DNA from: an uncultured Gemmatimonadales bacterium
GTDB lineage: Bacteria > Gemmatimonadota > Gemmatimonadetes > Gemmatimonadales > Gemmatimonadaceae
Reading direction: 5' to 3'
NCBI GenBank assembly: GCA_963701965.1
Contig: OY969695.1
Coordinates: 2,016,001 to 2,080,000 of the forward strand
DNA length: 64,000 nucleotides
Made by a program: the position numbers and the translations under genes. Under the pieces are notes generated by a model that was given only the letters and a program-made list of their open reading frames with translations, was not told the origin of the DNA and did not search any database. Shown one piece after another: positions 51,001 through 59,948 of this stretch (position 1 is its first letter; every line of letters starts with the position of its first letter).

Positions 51001-51291
51001 ATTCTGGTCGTGACCTTCGCCAACGAACGCATGCACGCCGGCCGCACCGCCATCCAAGCGGCGGCGGACGCGGGCTTCACCCGACTCCGGCCGGTGATGA
51101 TGACGGCGCTGGCCATGATCATCGGCATGCTGCCGATGGCGCTCGGCCTGGGTGAAGGCGGAGAGCAGAATGCGCCGCTGGGCCGCGCGGTCATCGGCGG
51201 ACTGGTCATCGCCACGCTTTTCACCCTGGGGTTCGTTCCCGTCGTCTACAGCTGGGTCCGCGGACGCTACGAGGCCGAGGTCGCGCAATGA
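48073..51291 (+). CDS. RND efflux transporter permease (AcrB/AcrD/AcrF family)
   Basis: 1072 aa; GILVDDATVEIEN, RLRPVMMT and PLGRAVIGGL. Confidence 0.96.
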   Translation: MWIVRLALRRPYTFVVGALLVIIFGIVAIRRTPADVFPEINIPVINVVWVYAGMSPKDMEQRIVGPSERFATTVVNDIEHIESNSLFGEGVIRIYFHPGVNIGAANAQVTAFCQTALRGYPVGTTPPLIIQFNATNVPILQLGIHSDVLSEQQINDYSSNFLRIGLATVQGSQLPGLYGGKPRQIMVDLDPQALLAKGISPSDVSLAVNAQNVILPAGTVKLGTTEYQVGLNSTPDVLEELNDLPIRQVNGAMVYVRDVAHVHDGNAIQTNIVRENGNRGALQSILKAEGNSTLDIVRRVKEALPAVQATLPPSMKIRFVIDQSVFVQAALDGVLREAAIAACLTALMILLFLGSWRSTVIVATSIPLSILCSIITMAALGQTLNVMTMGGLALAVGILVDDATVEIENIHRNLGQRKELTQAILDGASQIAVPAFVSTLAICIVFVPVFFLGGVAGALFAPLAMAVIFAMLASYLLSRTIVPTMVQFLLKQESAMYQHGEHAEGGSGPVWRVYHAFNGVFERVRDVYHGALERALHHRKVVVFSAVAFCAVSACLLPFIGQDFFPRVDAGQIRLHVRAPAGTRIEETEQFVASVDRTVRQIIPPRELSGILDNIGLPYSQINLSTSDTPTISAADAEVMISLVPDHHTSTWDYIKTIRRRLHAEYPQGTFSFGSADIVSQILNFGLPSPIDIQVVGKNPANYDIALGLVRKIRDVPGAVDVRLQQVVAAPELKFNVNRSRATQLGLTQNNVATSLLTSLSSSVQAAPNFWLSPQTGIPYSLVVQTPPTRFETLDDIRSTPLGALPASSNNRFVDDPSLSVPTASGNPPLVLGNVASMHRTTIPMEISHYNVQNVFDVFAAAQDRDLGGVAADIDRIVAASRQSLPRGTQLIVRGQVRNMRESFIGLGSGLAFAILLVYLLMVVNFQSWSDPLIIIMALPGALAGIVWALFATNTTFSVPSLMGAIMAMGVATANSILVVTFANERMHAGRTAIQAAADAGFTRLRPVMMTALAMIIGMLPMALGLGEGGEQNAPLGRAVIGGLVIATLFTLGFVPVVYSWVRGRYEAEVAQ

Positions 51292-52412
51292 AAACGGTCG
51301 GCATCGTCTCCCTCGTGGTCGTGGGGCTGCTCGCGGCCGGGATCATTCCCCGACTGCAGCGCAAACAGGAGTTGGAAGCCGAAGCCGCATCCATCCACGG
51401 TGCCCCACGGGTGAACGTCGTGGTCGTCGGCCACGGCGCGGCGACGTCGAACCTGGCGCTTCCCGGCTCGATCGAAGCGCTGCACCAGACGCCGATCTAT
51501 GCACGGTCCACCGGATACGTGGCGCGGTGGATGACGGACATCGGCGCCCGCGTCACCAACGGCCAGTTGCTAGCCGAGATCGAGTCGCCGGACCTGGATC
51601 ATCAGGCGGACCAGGCCAAGGCCGACCTGGCCCAGTTGAACGCCAACCTGACGCTCGCCAAACGCACGCTCGTGCGGTGGCAGGAGATGGCCAAGGACTC
51701 GGTCGTGACGGAGTTCGACGTCGACACGAGGCAGGCGGCGTATGACGCCGCGGTCGCGTCGCTCAAAGCGGGGCAAGAGAATTACGGGCGCCTCGCACAG
51801 TTGCAGCGCTACGAGCGCGTCGTAGCCCCGTTCACCGGGGTCGTCACCTCCCGCAACGTGGACAACGGCACGCTGGTGACGGCGGGGACGGCGGCGGCCA
51901 CGCCGCTCTTCACGGTGGCGGGCACCGATACCGTACGCATTTACGTCAGCGTGCCGCAGAGCGCCATGTCGCTCGTGCACCCGGGGCAGACGGCCGAGGT
52001 CTCGGTAGGAGAGTTGGCCCAGAAGGCGTTCCAGGGGAAGGTGATCCGCAACGCGCGGGCGCTCGATGCGGGCTCGCGGACGCTGCTCACCGAAATCCAG
52101 ATCGCGAACCCCAAAGGCGAGCTGTTGCCGGGCATGTACGCGGACGTCCGGTTCCTGATCACGAGCACGGACCCGACGATCGTCATTCCCGCCAACGCGC
52201 TCGTGGTGCGCAGCGACGGACCGCAGGTCGCGCTCATCGGGCGCGGCGACGTCGTGCACTATCAGAAAGTACAGCTGGGCCGGGACTTCGGGAGTCAGGT
52301 GGAGATCACCTCCGGACTGGAGTCAGGCGCGCGGCTGGTCGTGAACCCGGGCAATGACATCCGCGAAGGGGTCACCGTGGCGGCGCTGCCCCTGGTCACC
52401 GATACGAAGTAA
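51288..52412 (+). CDS. RND periplasmic adaptor (membrane fusion protein)
   Basis: IYARSTGYV, VAPFTGVV, LLPGMYA and GRDFG. Confidence 0.94.
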   Translation: MKTVGIVSLVVVGLLAAGIIPRLQRKQELEAEAASIHGAPRVNVVVVGHGAATSNLALPGSIEALHQTPIYARSTGYVARWMTDIGARVTNGQLLAEIESPDLDHQADQAKADLAQLNANLTLAKRTLVRWQEMAKDSVVTEFDVDTRQAAYDAAVASLKAGQENYGRLAQLQRYERVVAPFTGVVTSRNVDNGTLVTAGTAAATPLFTVAGTDTVRIYVSVPQSAMSLVHPGQTAEVSVGELAQKAFQGKVIRNARALDAGSRTLLTEIQIANPKGELLPGMYADVRFLITSTDPTIVIPANALVVRSDGPQVALIGRGDVVHYQKVQLGRDFGSQVEITSGLESGARLVVNPGNDIREGVTVAALPLVTDTK

Positions 52413-53100
52413 CGTCGAGCCGCGCTTTCACCGCGGCCCGGCGGCGCTCGCTGATCTCGAGGCGGGTGCCATCGCGCAGGATGACCGTGTGCCGCCCCCG
52501 AAGCTCGCGGATGTGGGCCACGCTCACCAGCGCCGAGCGATGTACCCGCACGAAGAGCCGGGGATCGAGCTCGGATTCCAACAGGCGCAGCGACCGGCGG
52601 ACGAGATGAGATCCCCCTGGGACGTGCAAGCGCGCATAGTAGTCATCGGCCTCGATCCACGCGATCGTGTCCACGGTCACGATCGTCGTACGCGAGCCGG
52701 AGGCCACCAGAAAATGCGCGCGATAGCCGGCGTCACTCGTCGCCACTAACCGGCGGGCGCGATCGATCGCGCGAAAAAACCGGTCATCCGTAAAGGGCTT
52801 GACGACAAAATCCAACGCGTCCGCGTCAAAGGCGCGCACCGCGAACTCGTCGAACGCGGTGACCAACACGACGGCGGGCGGACAGTGGGGGACGAGCGCG
52901 CGGAGCACGCCGAACCCGTCGAGATCCGGCATCTGAATGTCGAGCAACAGGAGTTGCGGATCGTGGGCCCGGACCGCGGCGACCGCTTCGATGCCGTTGC
53001 CACACTCGGCGACCACGACAATGTCACTGTAGCGGGCCAGCAACCCGCGCATGACGTCCCGCGCCAGCGGCTCGTCGTCGACGAGGACCGCCCGGATCAC
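52396..53100 (-). CDS. LytR/AlgR family response regulator
   Basis: VDDEPLAR, LDIQMP, VTAFDEFA, KPF and FVRVHRS. Confidence 0.93.
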   Translation of the reverse strand: MIRAVLVDDEPLARDVMRGLLARYSDIVVVAECGNGIEAVAAVRAHDPQLLLLDIQMPDLDGFGVLRALVPHCPPAVVLVTAFDEFAVRAFDADALDFVVKPFTDDRFFRAIDRARRLVATSDAGYRAHFLVASGSRTTIVTVDTIAWIEADDYYARLHVPGGSHLVRRSLRLLESELDPRLFVRVHRSALVSVAHIRELRGRHTVILRDGTRLEISERRRAAVKARLDVTSYR

Positions 53101-54086
53101 GTCGCCCGCACCGGTCGGTACGGGAGTTGAATCGCCGCGACCGCCCCGCCCTCGGGCGCCCGCCCCAGCGACAGCGTGGCCGCCTTGCCGCACGCATGCA
53201 GCAGACGGGCCCGCGTGGCGGACAGACCGAGGCCCGGCGCGGCGCCATTGGGGCCGGGACCGTCGTCGGTGACGGCGATAACGACGCGGTCGCCATCGCG
53301 GAACGCCGAGATGGTAATGCGCCCGGCGACGCTCGACCGCGCGATCCCATGCCGCACGGCATTCTCGGCCAAGGGCTGCAACAGGAGCCGCGGGACGGCC
53401 GCGTCCTCGGCTTCGGCTGCGATCCGCCATTCGACGCGCAACCGGTCGGAAAACCGCACTTGCTCGATCCCGAGATACCGGCGGAGAAAGGCGATCTCCT
53501 CGCGCAGCGGGACTTCCTCCGGCGCGCCCCGCGCGAGCAGCGCCCGCAGCAGATCGCTCAACTCCGCGATCACCAGAATCGCGCCATCGTGATCCCGCGC
53601 ACGGACGAGCGCGCCTACGGAATGGAGCGCGTTGAACAGAAAATGCGGGTGGAGATGGGCGCGCAACGCGGCCAGCTCGGCCCGCGCCAGCTGCGCTTCG
53701 CCCGTGCGGGCCCGCCCGAAGAACAGGATCGCCACGTATAAGGCGCCCGCAATCGGCAGAAAGCCAATGGTCACGCGCGCGAGATACGCGGGCCACGGCT
53801 GGAGCAACGCCGCGCGGGCCACGAACACCGTCGTGGTCGCGTACACGGTCCCCCGCAACGCCGACGCGACCAGGATCGCCGCGGCGTGGAGCGCGTAGGC
53901 GCGCGGGTAGCGCGCCCCCAGCCGTAAGACGACGGGTGTCAACGGCACCCACAGGTACCACTCGGCCAGGGCCGGAACCAGCGCCCGGAAAGGGACCAGT
54001 GCTGCGCCGCTCAAGTAGGCGGCGATCTCGACGTCGAGCGCCATGAGCCATGCCGCCAGCGACCACACGCCCATCACGAACCACAT
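53097..54086 (-). CDS. LytS-type sensor histidine kinase
   Basis: Four TM segments; LRAHLHPHFLFNAL and LQPLAENAVRHG. Confidence 0.92.
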   Translation of the reverse strand: MWFVMGVWSLAAWLMALDVEIAAYLSGAALVPFRALVPALAEWYLWVPLTPVVLRLGARYPRAYALHAAAILVASALRGTVYATTTVFVARAALLQPWPAYLARVTIGFLPIAGALYVAILFFGRARTGEAQLARAELAALRAHLHPHFLFNALHSVGALVRARDHDGAILVIAELSDLLRALLARGAPEEVPLREEIAFLRRYLGIEQVRFSDRLRVEWRIAAEAEDAAVPRLLLQPLAENAVRHGIARSSVAGRITISAFRDGDRVVIAVTDDGPGPNGAAPGLGLSATRARLLHACGKAATLSLGRAPEGGAVAAIQLPYRPVRAT

Positions 54087-54120
54087 GCGATCAGCCTACC
54101 GGCCGGTGCGGGACCCGGCA

Positions 54121-54171
54121 AGCATCGCCAATGGCGTTCCCTGCACCGTGACCGCCGTTGCCAGCATCGCC
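54121..54171. promoter_or_regulatory. Three LytTR-type repeats, 21-bp period
   Basis: AGCATCGCC (54121), TGCACCGTG (54142) and AGCATCGCC (54163), then a -10 TACGTT at 54196. Confidence 0.6.
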
Positions 54172-54207
54172 GCTCCCCGCAGCCGGTCGCGGTCGTACGT
54201 TGGGCTC

Positions 54208-54893
54208 ATGTGGCTGCCTCTGATCACCATCGCGCTCACGCTGCACGCGGACAGCGCCCGCGCCTACCTGGAACGCGCCGCCGACGCCCTCGGCGGCCGT
54301 GAAGGCCCCTGTCACCGACCGCGCTCGCCGACGGCGTGACACTCTATCAGGGCGGTTACCAAGCCACCCTGGTCAAACAACGCGACGACCTCGTGGTCAT
54401 CGAGGCCCCGGTGTCGTCCGCCCGATCGCGCGCCGTGATCGCCGACGCGGCGACGCGCTATCCGGGCACCCCCATCCGCGCCGTCATCTCGACGTCGCCC
54501 ATGTGGATGCACATCGGCGGTCTCGCCGAGTACGCCGCCCGCGGGATTCCCATTTACGTGCTCGACACAAACGCGGCGATCGTCACCCGGCTGCTGAAAG
54601 CACAACCGGCCGCCCGTCGCCCCGCGATCCGGATCGTCTGCGACACGATGACCGTGGGCGCGGGTGACAACCGTCTCCGACTCATTCCGGTGCGCGGCCT
54701 GCACGGCGCGGCCCAGATGTTCGTGTACTGGCCCGCGCGCCGTTTGTTGTACGCCAGCGACATGGTGATCCCGCCGACGGCCGAGCCCGTGTTCACGGCG
54801 GCGTACAAGGCCGAGTTGACCCGGACGATCGCGCGACTCGGCCTTCCCGTCACCACCGTCTACGGCCTTCACATCCCCGCCAGCGCCCGCTAG
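54208..54893 (+). pseudogene. Secreted MBL-fold-like protein with internal deletion or frameshift
   Basis: The signal peptide and ERAADALGG (54208 to about 54300) are out of frame with the C-terminal part VVIEAP..STSPMWMHIGGL..LLYASD. Confidence 0.6.
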
Positions 54894-54903
54894 CATAGGG
54901 GCC

Positions 54904-56193
54904 ATGCGCCTCGCTCTCCTCTCTGTCTTGGCACTAGTCGGGGGCGAACCCCAGACCCCGCTCGCAGCCGACATCGACAAGCTGGCCGCCCAGATCGACG
55001 CCAAGGTCGTGGCCTGGCGCCGCGACATCCATCAGCATCCCGAGTTGGGGAATCGGGAGTTTCGGACGTCGAAACTCGTTGCCGATCACTTGAAGAGCCT
55101 TGGCCTCGTGGTCCGCACGGGCGTAGCGCACACGGGGATCGTGGCGATCCTCAAAGGGGACCGTCCCGGTCCGGTCGTCGCCCTGCGCGCCGACATGGAC
55201 GCGCTGCCGGTGGCCGAGCAGGTCGACCTGCCGTTCGCGTCGCACGAGCACACGATGTACAACGGGCAGGATGTTGGCGTCATGCACGCCTGCGGCCACG
55301 ACAACCACGTGGCGATTCTCATGGGAGTGGCCGAAGTGCTCGCCGGCGTAAAGCACGAGTTGCCGGGCACCGTGGTTTTCTTGTTTCAGCCAGCCGAAGA
55401 GGGCGCGCCTGACGGCGAGGAGGGCGGCGCGAAGCTCATGCTGGCCGAGGGCGCCTTCGACAATCCCACGCCGAGCGCGGTGTTTGGGTTGCACGTGGGG
55501 CCGGGCCCGATCGGGCAGATCACGTACCGTCAGGGTCCGCTCATGGCCAGCGCCGACAAGTTCACGATCGTCGTGCACGGCCGCGCCACGCACGGCGCCC
55601 GGCCGTGGAGCGGAGTCGATCCCATCGCGGTGTCGGCCCAGATCATCACGGGCCTGCAGACCATCGTCAGCCGGCAGATCGACCTGACGACCGGCGCCGC
55701 CATCGTCACCGTCGGCAGTATTCACGGTGGGATCCGGAACAATATCATTCCCGACAGTGTCGTCATGCTCGGCACGATGCGGGCGTTCGATTCGACAACG
55801 CGACGGGAGTTGCACGAAAAGATTCCGCGGACCGCGCAGATGATCGCCCAGAGCGGCGGCGCCACGGCGGACGTGCAGATCGTCGATCAGTATCCGGTCA
55901 CGGTCGACAACCCGGCGCTCGTGGCGCGGATGCTTCCCACCCTGCGCCGCGTGGCGGGCGACGCCAACGTAGTCGAAAGGCTGCCGGTGACCGGGTCGGA
56001 GGACTTCTCGTTCTACGCCAACCGCGTGCCGGGATTCTTCTTCTTTCTCGGCGTCACGCCACCCGATGTCGATTGGCGGACGGCGCCCGTCAACCATTCG
56101 CCGAAGTTCTTCGCCGACGAGCGCGCGCTGCCTATCGGCGTGCGGGCGCTGGCCCATCTGGCGGCTGACTATCTGTCAGGCACCACGACCTAA
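54904..56193 (+). CDS. M20D family amidohydrolase, secreted
   Basis: WRRDIHQHPELG, LRADMDALP, MHACGHD, FQPAEEG and GSEDFS. Confidence 0.94.
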   Translation: MRLALLSVLALVGGEPQTPLAADIDKLAAQIDAKVVAWRRDIHQHPELGNREFRTSKLVADHLKSLGLVVRTGVAHTGIVAILKGDRPGPVVALRADMDALPVAEQVDLPFASHEHTMYNGQDVGVMHACGHDNHVAILMGVAEVLAGVKHELPGTVVFLFQPAEEGAPDGEEGGAKLMLAEGAFDNPTPSAVFGLHVGPGPIGQITYRQGPLMASADKFTIVVHGRATHGARPWSGVDPIAVSAQIITGLQTIVSRQIDLTTGAAIVTVGSIHGGIRNNIIPDSVVMLGTMRAFDSTTRRELHEKIPRTAQMIAQSGGATADVQIVDQYPVTVDNPALVARMLPTLRRVAGDANVVERLPVTGSEDFSFYANRVPGFFFFLGVTPPDVDWRTAPVNHSPKFFADERALPIGVRALAHLAADYLSGTTT

Positions 56194-56937
56194 CAAAAGC
56201 CGCTCGACTTGTTCCCGGCGGCGCCGCCCGATGGGCAGGGTGGCGCCGCTGGCGAGCACGGCGACGCGCTCGCCATTGGGGAGCGTACGGAGCTCCCGGA
56301 CATAGTCCGCGTTCACGATCGCCGACCGGTGAATCCGGACGAATCGCGCGGGGTCGAGACGCCGCTCGACGCTGGCGAGCGATTCCCGGATGACATATGT
56401 CCGATCACCGACCGAGACTGTGGCGTAGACATCGTCCGCCGTGATCGACTGCACTTCGTCGCACGGCACCAGGACATCGCGATTCCCGATCCGGACCGCC
56501 AGTCGACGGGCCGCGCCACCCTCGGCGATGAGAGCGCCGAGCCGCCTCGCGGCCTCCAAATGGCGGGTACCGTTCACGCGGGACCGCGCGTACTCCACCG
56601 CGACCGCGAAGCGGTCGGGTGTCACCGGCTTGAGGAGATAGTCGATCGCGTGGACGCTAAACGCCCGCAACGCGAACTCGTCGTACGCCGTGATGAAGAT
56701 GACCGGCGGCATGCGATCCACGCCCCACTCGCGCACGACGCCAAAGCCGTCCAGCTCCGGCATCTGCACATCGAGCAGGACGAGATCCGGGGCCAGCGTG
56801 GCCAGCGCTTGGAGCGCCTCCCGTCCATCGCGACACTCGCCGACGCAACGCAGGTCGCCGTGGGTCTCCAGCAGTTGCCGGAGCGCGCGGCGCGACAGCG
56901 GCTCGTCATCGGCGACGAGCACGCGGATGTCAGACAT
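56176..56937 (-). CDS. LytR/AlgR family response regulator
   Basis: ADDEPL, LDVQMP, TAYDEFA, DYLLKP and FVRIHRS. Confidence 0.93.
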   Translation of the reverse strand: MSDIRVLVADDEPLSRRALRQLLETHGDLRCVGECRDGREALQALATLAPDLVLLDVQMPELDGFGVVREWGVDRMPPVIFITAYDEFALRAFSVHAIDYLLKPVTPDRFAVAVEYARSRVNGTRHLEAARRLGALIAEGGAARRLAVRIGNRDVLVPCDEVQSITADDVYATVSVGDRTYVIRESLASVERRLDPARFVRIHRSAIVNADYVRELRTLPNGERVAVLASGATLPIGRRRREQVERLLLGRGA

Positions 56938-56939
56938 GC

Positions 56940-57995
56940 TCAGACATACGGCATGGTGATCGTCGCCACGGCGCCATGCGTCCGATCCCCGGCCGCCAAC
57001 GTCACAGTGGCATCGCCGTACAAACGCGCCAACCGCTCGCGCGTGTTGCGAAGACCGAGGCCGCCCCGGATCTCGGGGTTGGGGACGGGACCGTCGTTGC
57101 GCACGGTCAACACCAGCCGGTCGTCCGTACGCCGCGCCGCGATCTCCACCCGGCCGGCCTCGGTCCGCCGCGAGATGCCGTGCCGGATGGCGTTCTCCAC
57201 CAGCGGCTGCAGCACGAACATCGGCACGCGCGCTTCCCGGAGCGCGTCCGGCACATCCCACGTGACGCGCAGGCGATCGGAAAACCGCACCGCCATGATC
57301 CCCAGGTATTTCTCCAGAAAGACGATTTCCTCGCCGAGCGTGATCTCGTCAGTCGTATCGCCGGTCAGCACGGAGCGCAGGAGATCGCTCAGCAGCGAGA
57401 GCATGTCGAGCGCGCCGCGGGTTTCGTTGTCGCGGACGAGCGCGGTGATGGCGTTGAGCGTGTTGAACAGAAAGTGCGGGTGCATCTGGGCGCGGAGCGC
57501 GCCGAGCTGGGCGACGGCCAGCTCGTTCCGGAGCCGGGCGGCTTCTCTCGCTCGCGCCACCGCGTACCCCACGCCGACAATGGAGAAGTACGAGAGCACG
57601 ATGAGTGGGAGTCCGGTCACCCACCAATCAAACAACTCGATGCCGAAGCTGTGGTGCGGTGGCCGCGCCCACCACCCGCTGACGCACGCCACCGCAGCGT
57701 AGAGCAGGCCCGCGACGAGGCTGGCCGTCAGGTGCAGGATCGCGGCGCCGGCGCGTCGGCTCCGCGGACCATGGTCCAGGGGAAAGCGGCGGCCCAGCGC
57801 GATGACCACCGGTGTCAGGGCGGCCCACACGTACCACGCGGGCGCTTCGGAGACGAGCGCCCGCCACAATGCGATATCCTGGCCGTTCACGTGCGCAAAC
57901 GTGACGGTCTCGAAGATCGAGAGGAGCGCGGGCACGGTCCACATCGCGAAGACGACCCGCCACCGCACGAGCGTCTGTTCCCCCGCATCGTCCAT
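56940..57995 (-). CDS. LytS-type sensor histidine kinase
   Basis: TM segments; LRAQMHPHFLFNTLN, LQPLVENAIRHG and GLGLRN. Confidence 0.93.
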   Translation of the reverse strand: MDDAGEQTLVRWRVVFAMWTVPALLSIFETVTFAHVNGQDIALWRALVSEAPAWYVWAALTPVVIALGRRFPLDHGPRSRRAGAAILHLTASLVAGLLYAAVACVSGWWARPPHHSFGIELFDWWVTGLPLIVLSYFSIVGVGYAVARAREAARLRNELAVAQLGALRAQMHPHFLFNTLNAITALVRDNETRGALDMLSLLSDLLRSVLTGDTTDEITLGEEIVFLEKYLGIMAVRFSDRLRVTWDVPDALREARVPMFVLQPLVENAIRHGISRRTEAGRVEIAARRTDDRLVLTVRNDGPVPNPEIRGGLGLRNTRERLARLYGDATVTLAAGDRTHGAVATITMPYV

Positions 57996-58076
57996 GACGA
58001 CGGATAATAATGGCGCTCTTGCGCCTGCGGCGTTGGCGCCGAATCTTGGGGGCCCCTTGCCCGCCGTAACGCCCCC

Positions 58077-58508
58077 GTGACCGAAACAGACCAGGACTAC
58101 TGGTCACCGCTCCTCCCACGCGACCCGGACACCGGGTTTCCCGTCGCGTGCCGCGCGGGGCCGTTCATTTTCGTGGCCGGCGTCTCGGGCTTGATCGCCG
58201 CGTCGACCGCGCCGCCGGGGCACGCCCGCGCGCAGTGTCACAACGCCTTGGAGGCCCTGCGCCGCGTCCTGAACAGCGTGGAGGCGGGGCTCGAGGACGT
58301 GTGCCAGATGACGGTGTATGTCGCCCGGGAGGACGACCGCCCCGACGTGACGGCCACGATGCGGGCCGCGTTTGTTCCCCGGTTGCCCGCGGCTGCTTTC
58401 TTTACGGTCCCTTTGCGCGGCGAGGAGCGGGTCCGCGTCGCGGCGACGGCCGTCCGGGGCAATGTCCCCGGCGGGCGCCGCCGGCGGGTCCTCGGGACGT
58501 TGACGTGA
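58077..58508 (+). CDS. RidA/YjgF-like protein, divergent
   Basis: RAGPFIFVAG, AQCHNAL, GLEDVCQMTVYV. Confidence 0.7.
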   Translation: MTETDQDYWSPLLPRDPDTGFPVACRAGPFIFVAGVSGLIAASTAPPGHARAQCHNALEALRRVLNSVEAGLEDVCQMTVYVAREDDRPDVTATMRAAFVPRLPAAAFFTVPLRGEERVRVAATAVRGNVPGGRRRRVLGTLT

Positions 58509-59284
58509 ACCTGGTCGCGTTCCTCGGCGCGCAGGTACGCCAGGCCGGGGCCGCGACGATCAGCGGGGTGGCGGCCATCGGCGGACTCGTGCGCGGCATC
58601 GCGACGCCGCAGCGGGCGGGGTGGCTGTGGCGGCGGGTAGCGCTGCAACAGGTCCGGTTCACGGCGGTCCAGGCCATCCCGCTGGTCGCGACCATCGCGG
58701 CCTGTCTTGGGGCCACCGTGTCCCTGGGCGCCCACGCCCGCGCGGCGCAGTTCGGACTCTCCGAGGAGCTGGCGCGCACCCTCGGAGTCCTCGTCGTCCG
58801 GGACGCGGGGCCGTTGCTCGCCGCCGTCATCGTGACCGCGCGCTCGGGCACGGCGATCGCCGCCGAGGTCGCGACCAGCCGGCTGCTCGGCGAGACGGAC
58901 GCGTTGGCGGGCATGGGGCTCAATCTCATCCAGTTCTACGTGCTGCCGCGCATTGCCGGCGTCGCGGTGGCGACGGCCATGCTCACGATCTATTTCGTGG
59001 CGATCACGCTCGGCGCCGCGGTGGCCACGTCGGCGCTCCTCGGGATCGCGACAGTGGCCGACTACACGGACACGCTGCGCGGGGTGCTCCATCCGGACGA
59101 TCTCGCGTGGTCGGCCGTTCGTGGCGCCGCGTTTGGCGCCGGCGTGGCATGGCTCAGTACGCTCGTGGGACTCCGGGGACGCGGCGGGCAGGCGGACGTG
59201 CCGCGGGCCGTGACGCGCGCGGCGGTGCGGTCGCTGGTCCTCCTCGCGTTCACGTCCGCGGTGCTCGCGGCCATGTGGGCATGA
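58505..59284 (+). CDS. mlaE: MlaE-type ABC permease
   Basis: QVRFTAVQAIP, VRDAGPLL..VTARSGTAIAAE, DALAGMG and VPRAVTRAAV. Confidence 0.85.
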   Translation: MNLVAFLGAQVRQAGAATISGVAAIGGLVRGIATPQRAGWLWRRVALQQVRFTAVQAIPLVATIAACLGATVSLGAHARAAQFGLSEELARTLGVLVVRDAGPLLAAVIVTARSGTAIAAEVATSRLLGETDALAGMGLNLIQFYVLPRIAGVAVATAMLTIYFVAITLGAAVATSALLGIATVADYTDTLRGVLHPDDLAWSAVRGAAFGAGVAWLSTLVGLRGRGGQADVPRAVTRAAVRSLVLLAFTSAVLAAMWA

Positions 59285-59946
59285 CGAGCGCGCTCCGGAT
59301 GGAGGGCGTGCTGCCCCGCGGGAGTGTCGTCGAGTGGACGCAACCCGCCGACTTCGCGATCGCCGAAGGGACGTTCTTCGTGATCCGGACGACGCCGGGG
59401 CGGGCCGGGGCGACCGTCCGGATGATGCTCGGTTTGGAGGAGGCGACGGCGGGGTCGGTCGAGACCCTCGGCGAGCCGTTGCAGGATGCGTCGCGCTCGG
59501 TGGTCGAGCGACTCCGGCGCGCGGTGGGCAGTGTGCTGCAGCCCGACGGCCTGCTGGGGACATTTTCCGTCGAGGCCAACCTGGCGCTGGCGGCGTCGGC
59601 GCGGGGTGGCCTCCGGCAACGGGAGGCCGAGGACGCGGCGCGCGAGATGTTGGCGCGGTGCGGGGTGCCCGGCGCGCATGCCCAGCGCCCCGCGGCGTTG
59701 GCGCCCGACGTCCGCCAGACGGCGGCGCTGGCGCGGGCGCTGATCGGCTCGCCCCGGTTGCTCCTGCTCGATGATCCGGTGGCCGCGGTCAAATCGCGCT
59801 CGGCCGTCGCGCTCTACCGGCTGTGCCGCGATGTCGCGCCGACGGTCGTGATCTTGACGCACCGGCGCAATGACGTCCTGTACGACGTCGCGGACGAGGT
59901 GGCGTTGTGGGATGATCGCGGGTTCCGTACGGACCACGCGGCCTGA
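59281..59946 (+). CDS. MlaF-like ABC ATP-binding protein with degenerate motifs
   Basis: MMLGLEEATAGSV, ALARALIGSPRLLLLDDP and ILTH are present; Walker A is absent. Confidence 0.75.
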   Translation: MTSALRMEGVLPRGSVVEWTQPADFAIAEGTFFVIRTTPGRAGATVRMMLGLEEATAGSVETLGEPLQDASRSVVERLRRAVGSVLQPDGLLGTFSVEANLALAASARGGLRQREAEDAAREMLARCGVPGAHAQRPAALAPDVRQTAALARALIGSPRLLLLDDPVAAVKSRSAVALYRLCRDVAPTVVILTHRRNDVLYDVADEVALWDDRGFRTDHAA

Positions 59947-59948
59947 CA

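Noticed and set aside
52396..54084. Apparent 562-aa kinase-regulator fusion
   Set aside because: The upstream part is an off-frame shadow of the kinase. The regulator starts at the GTG at 53100.
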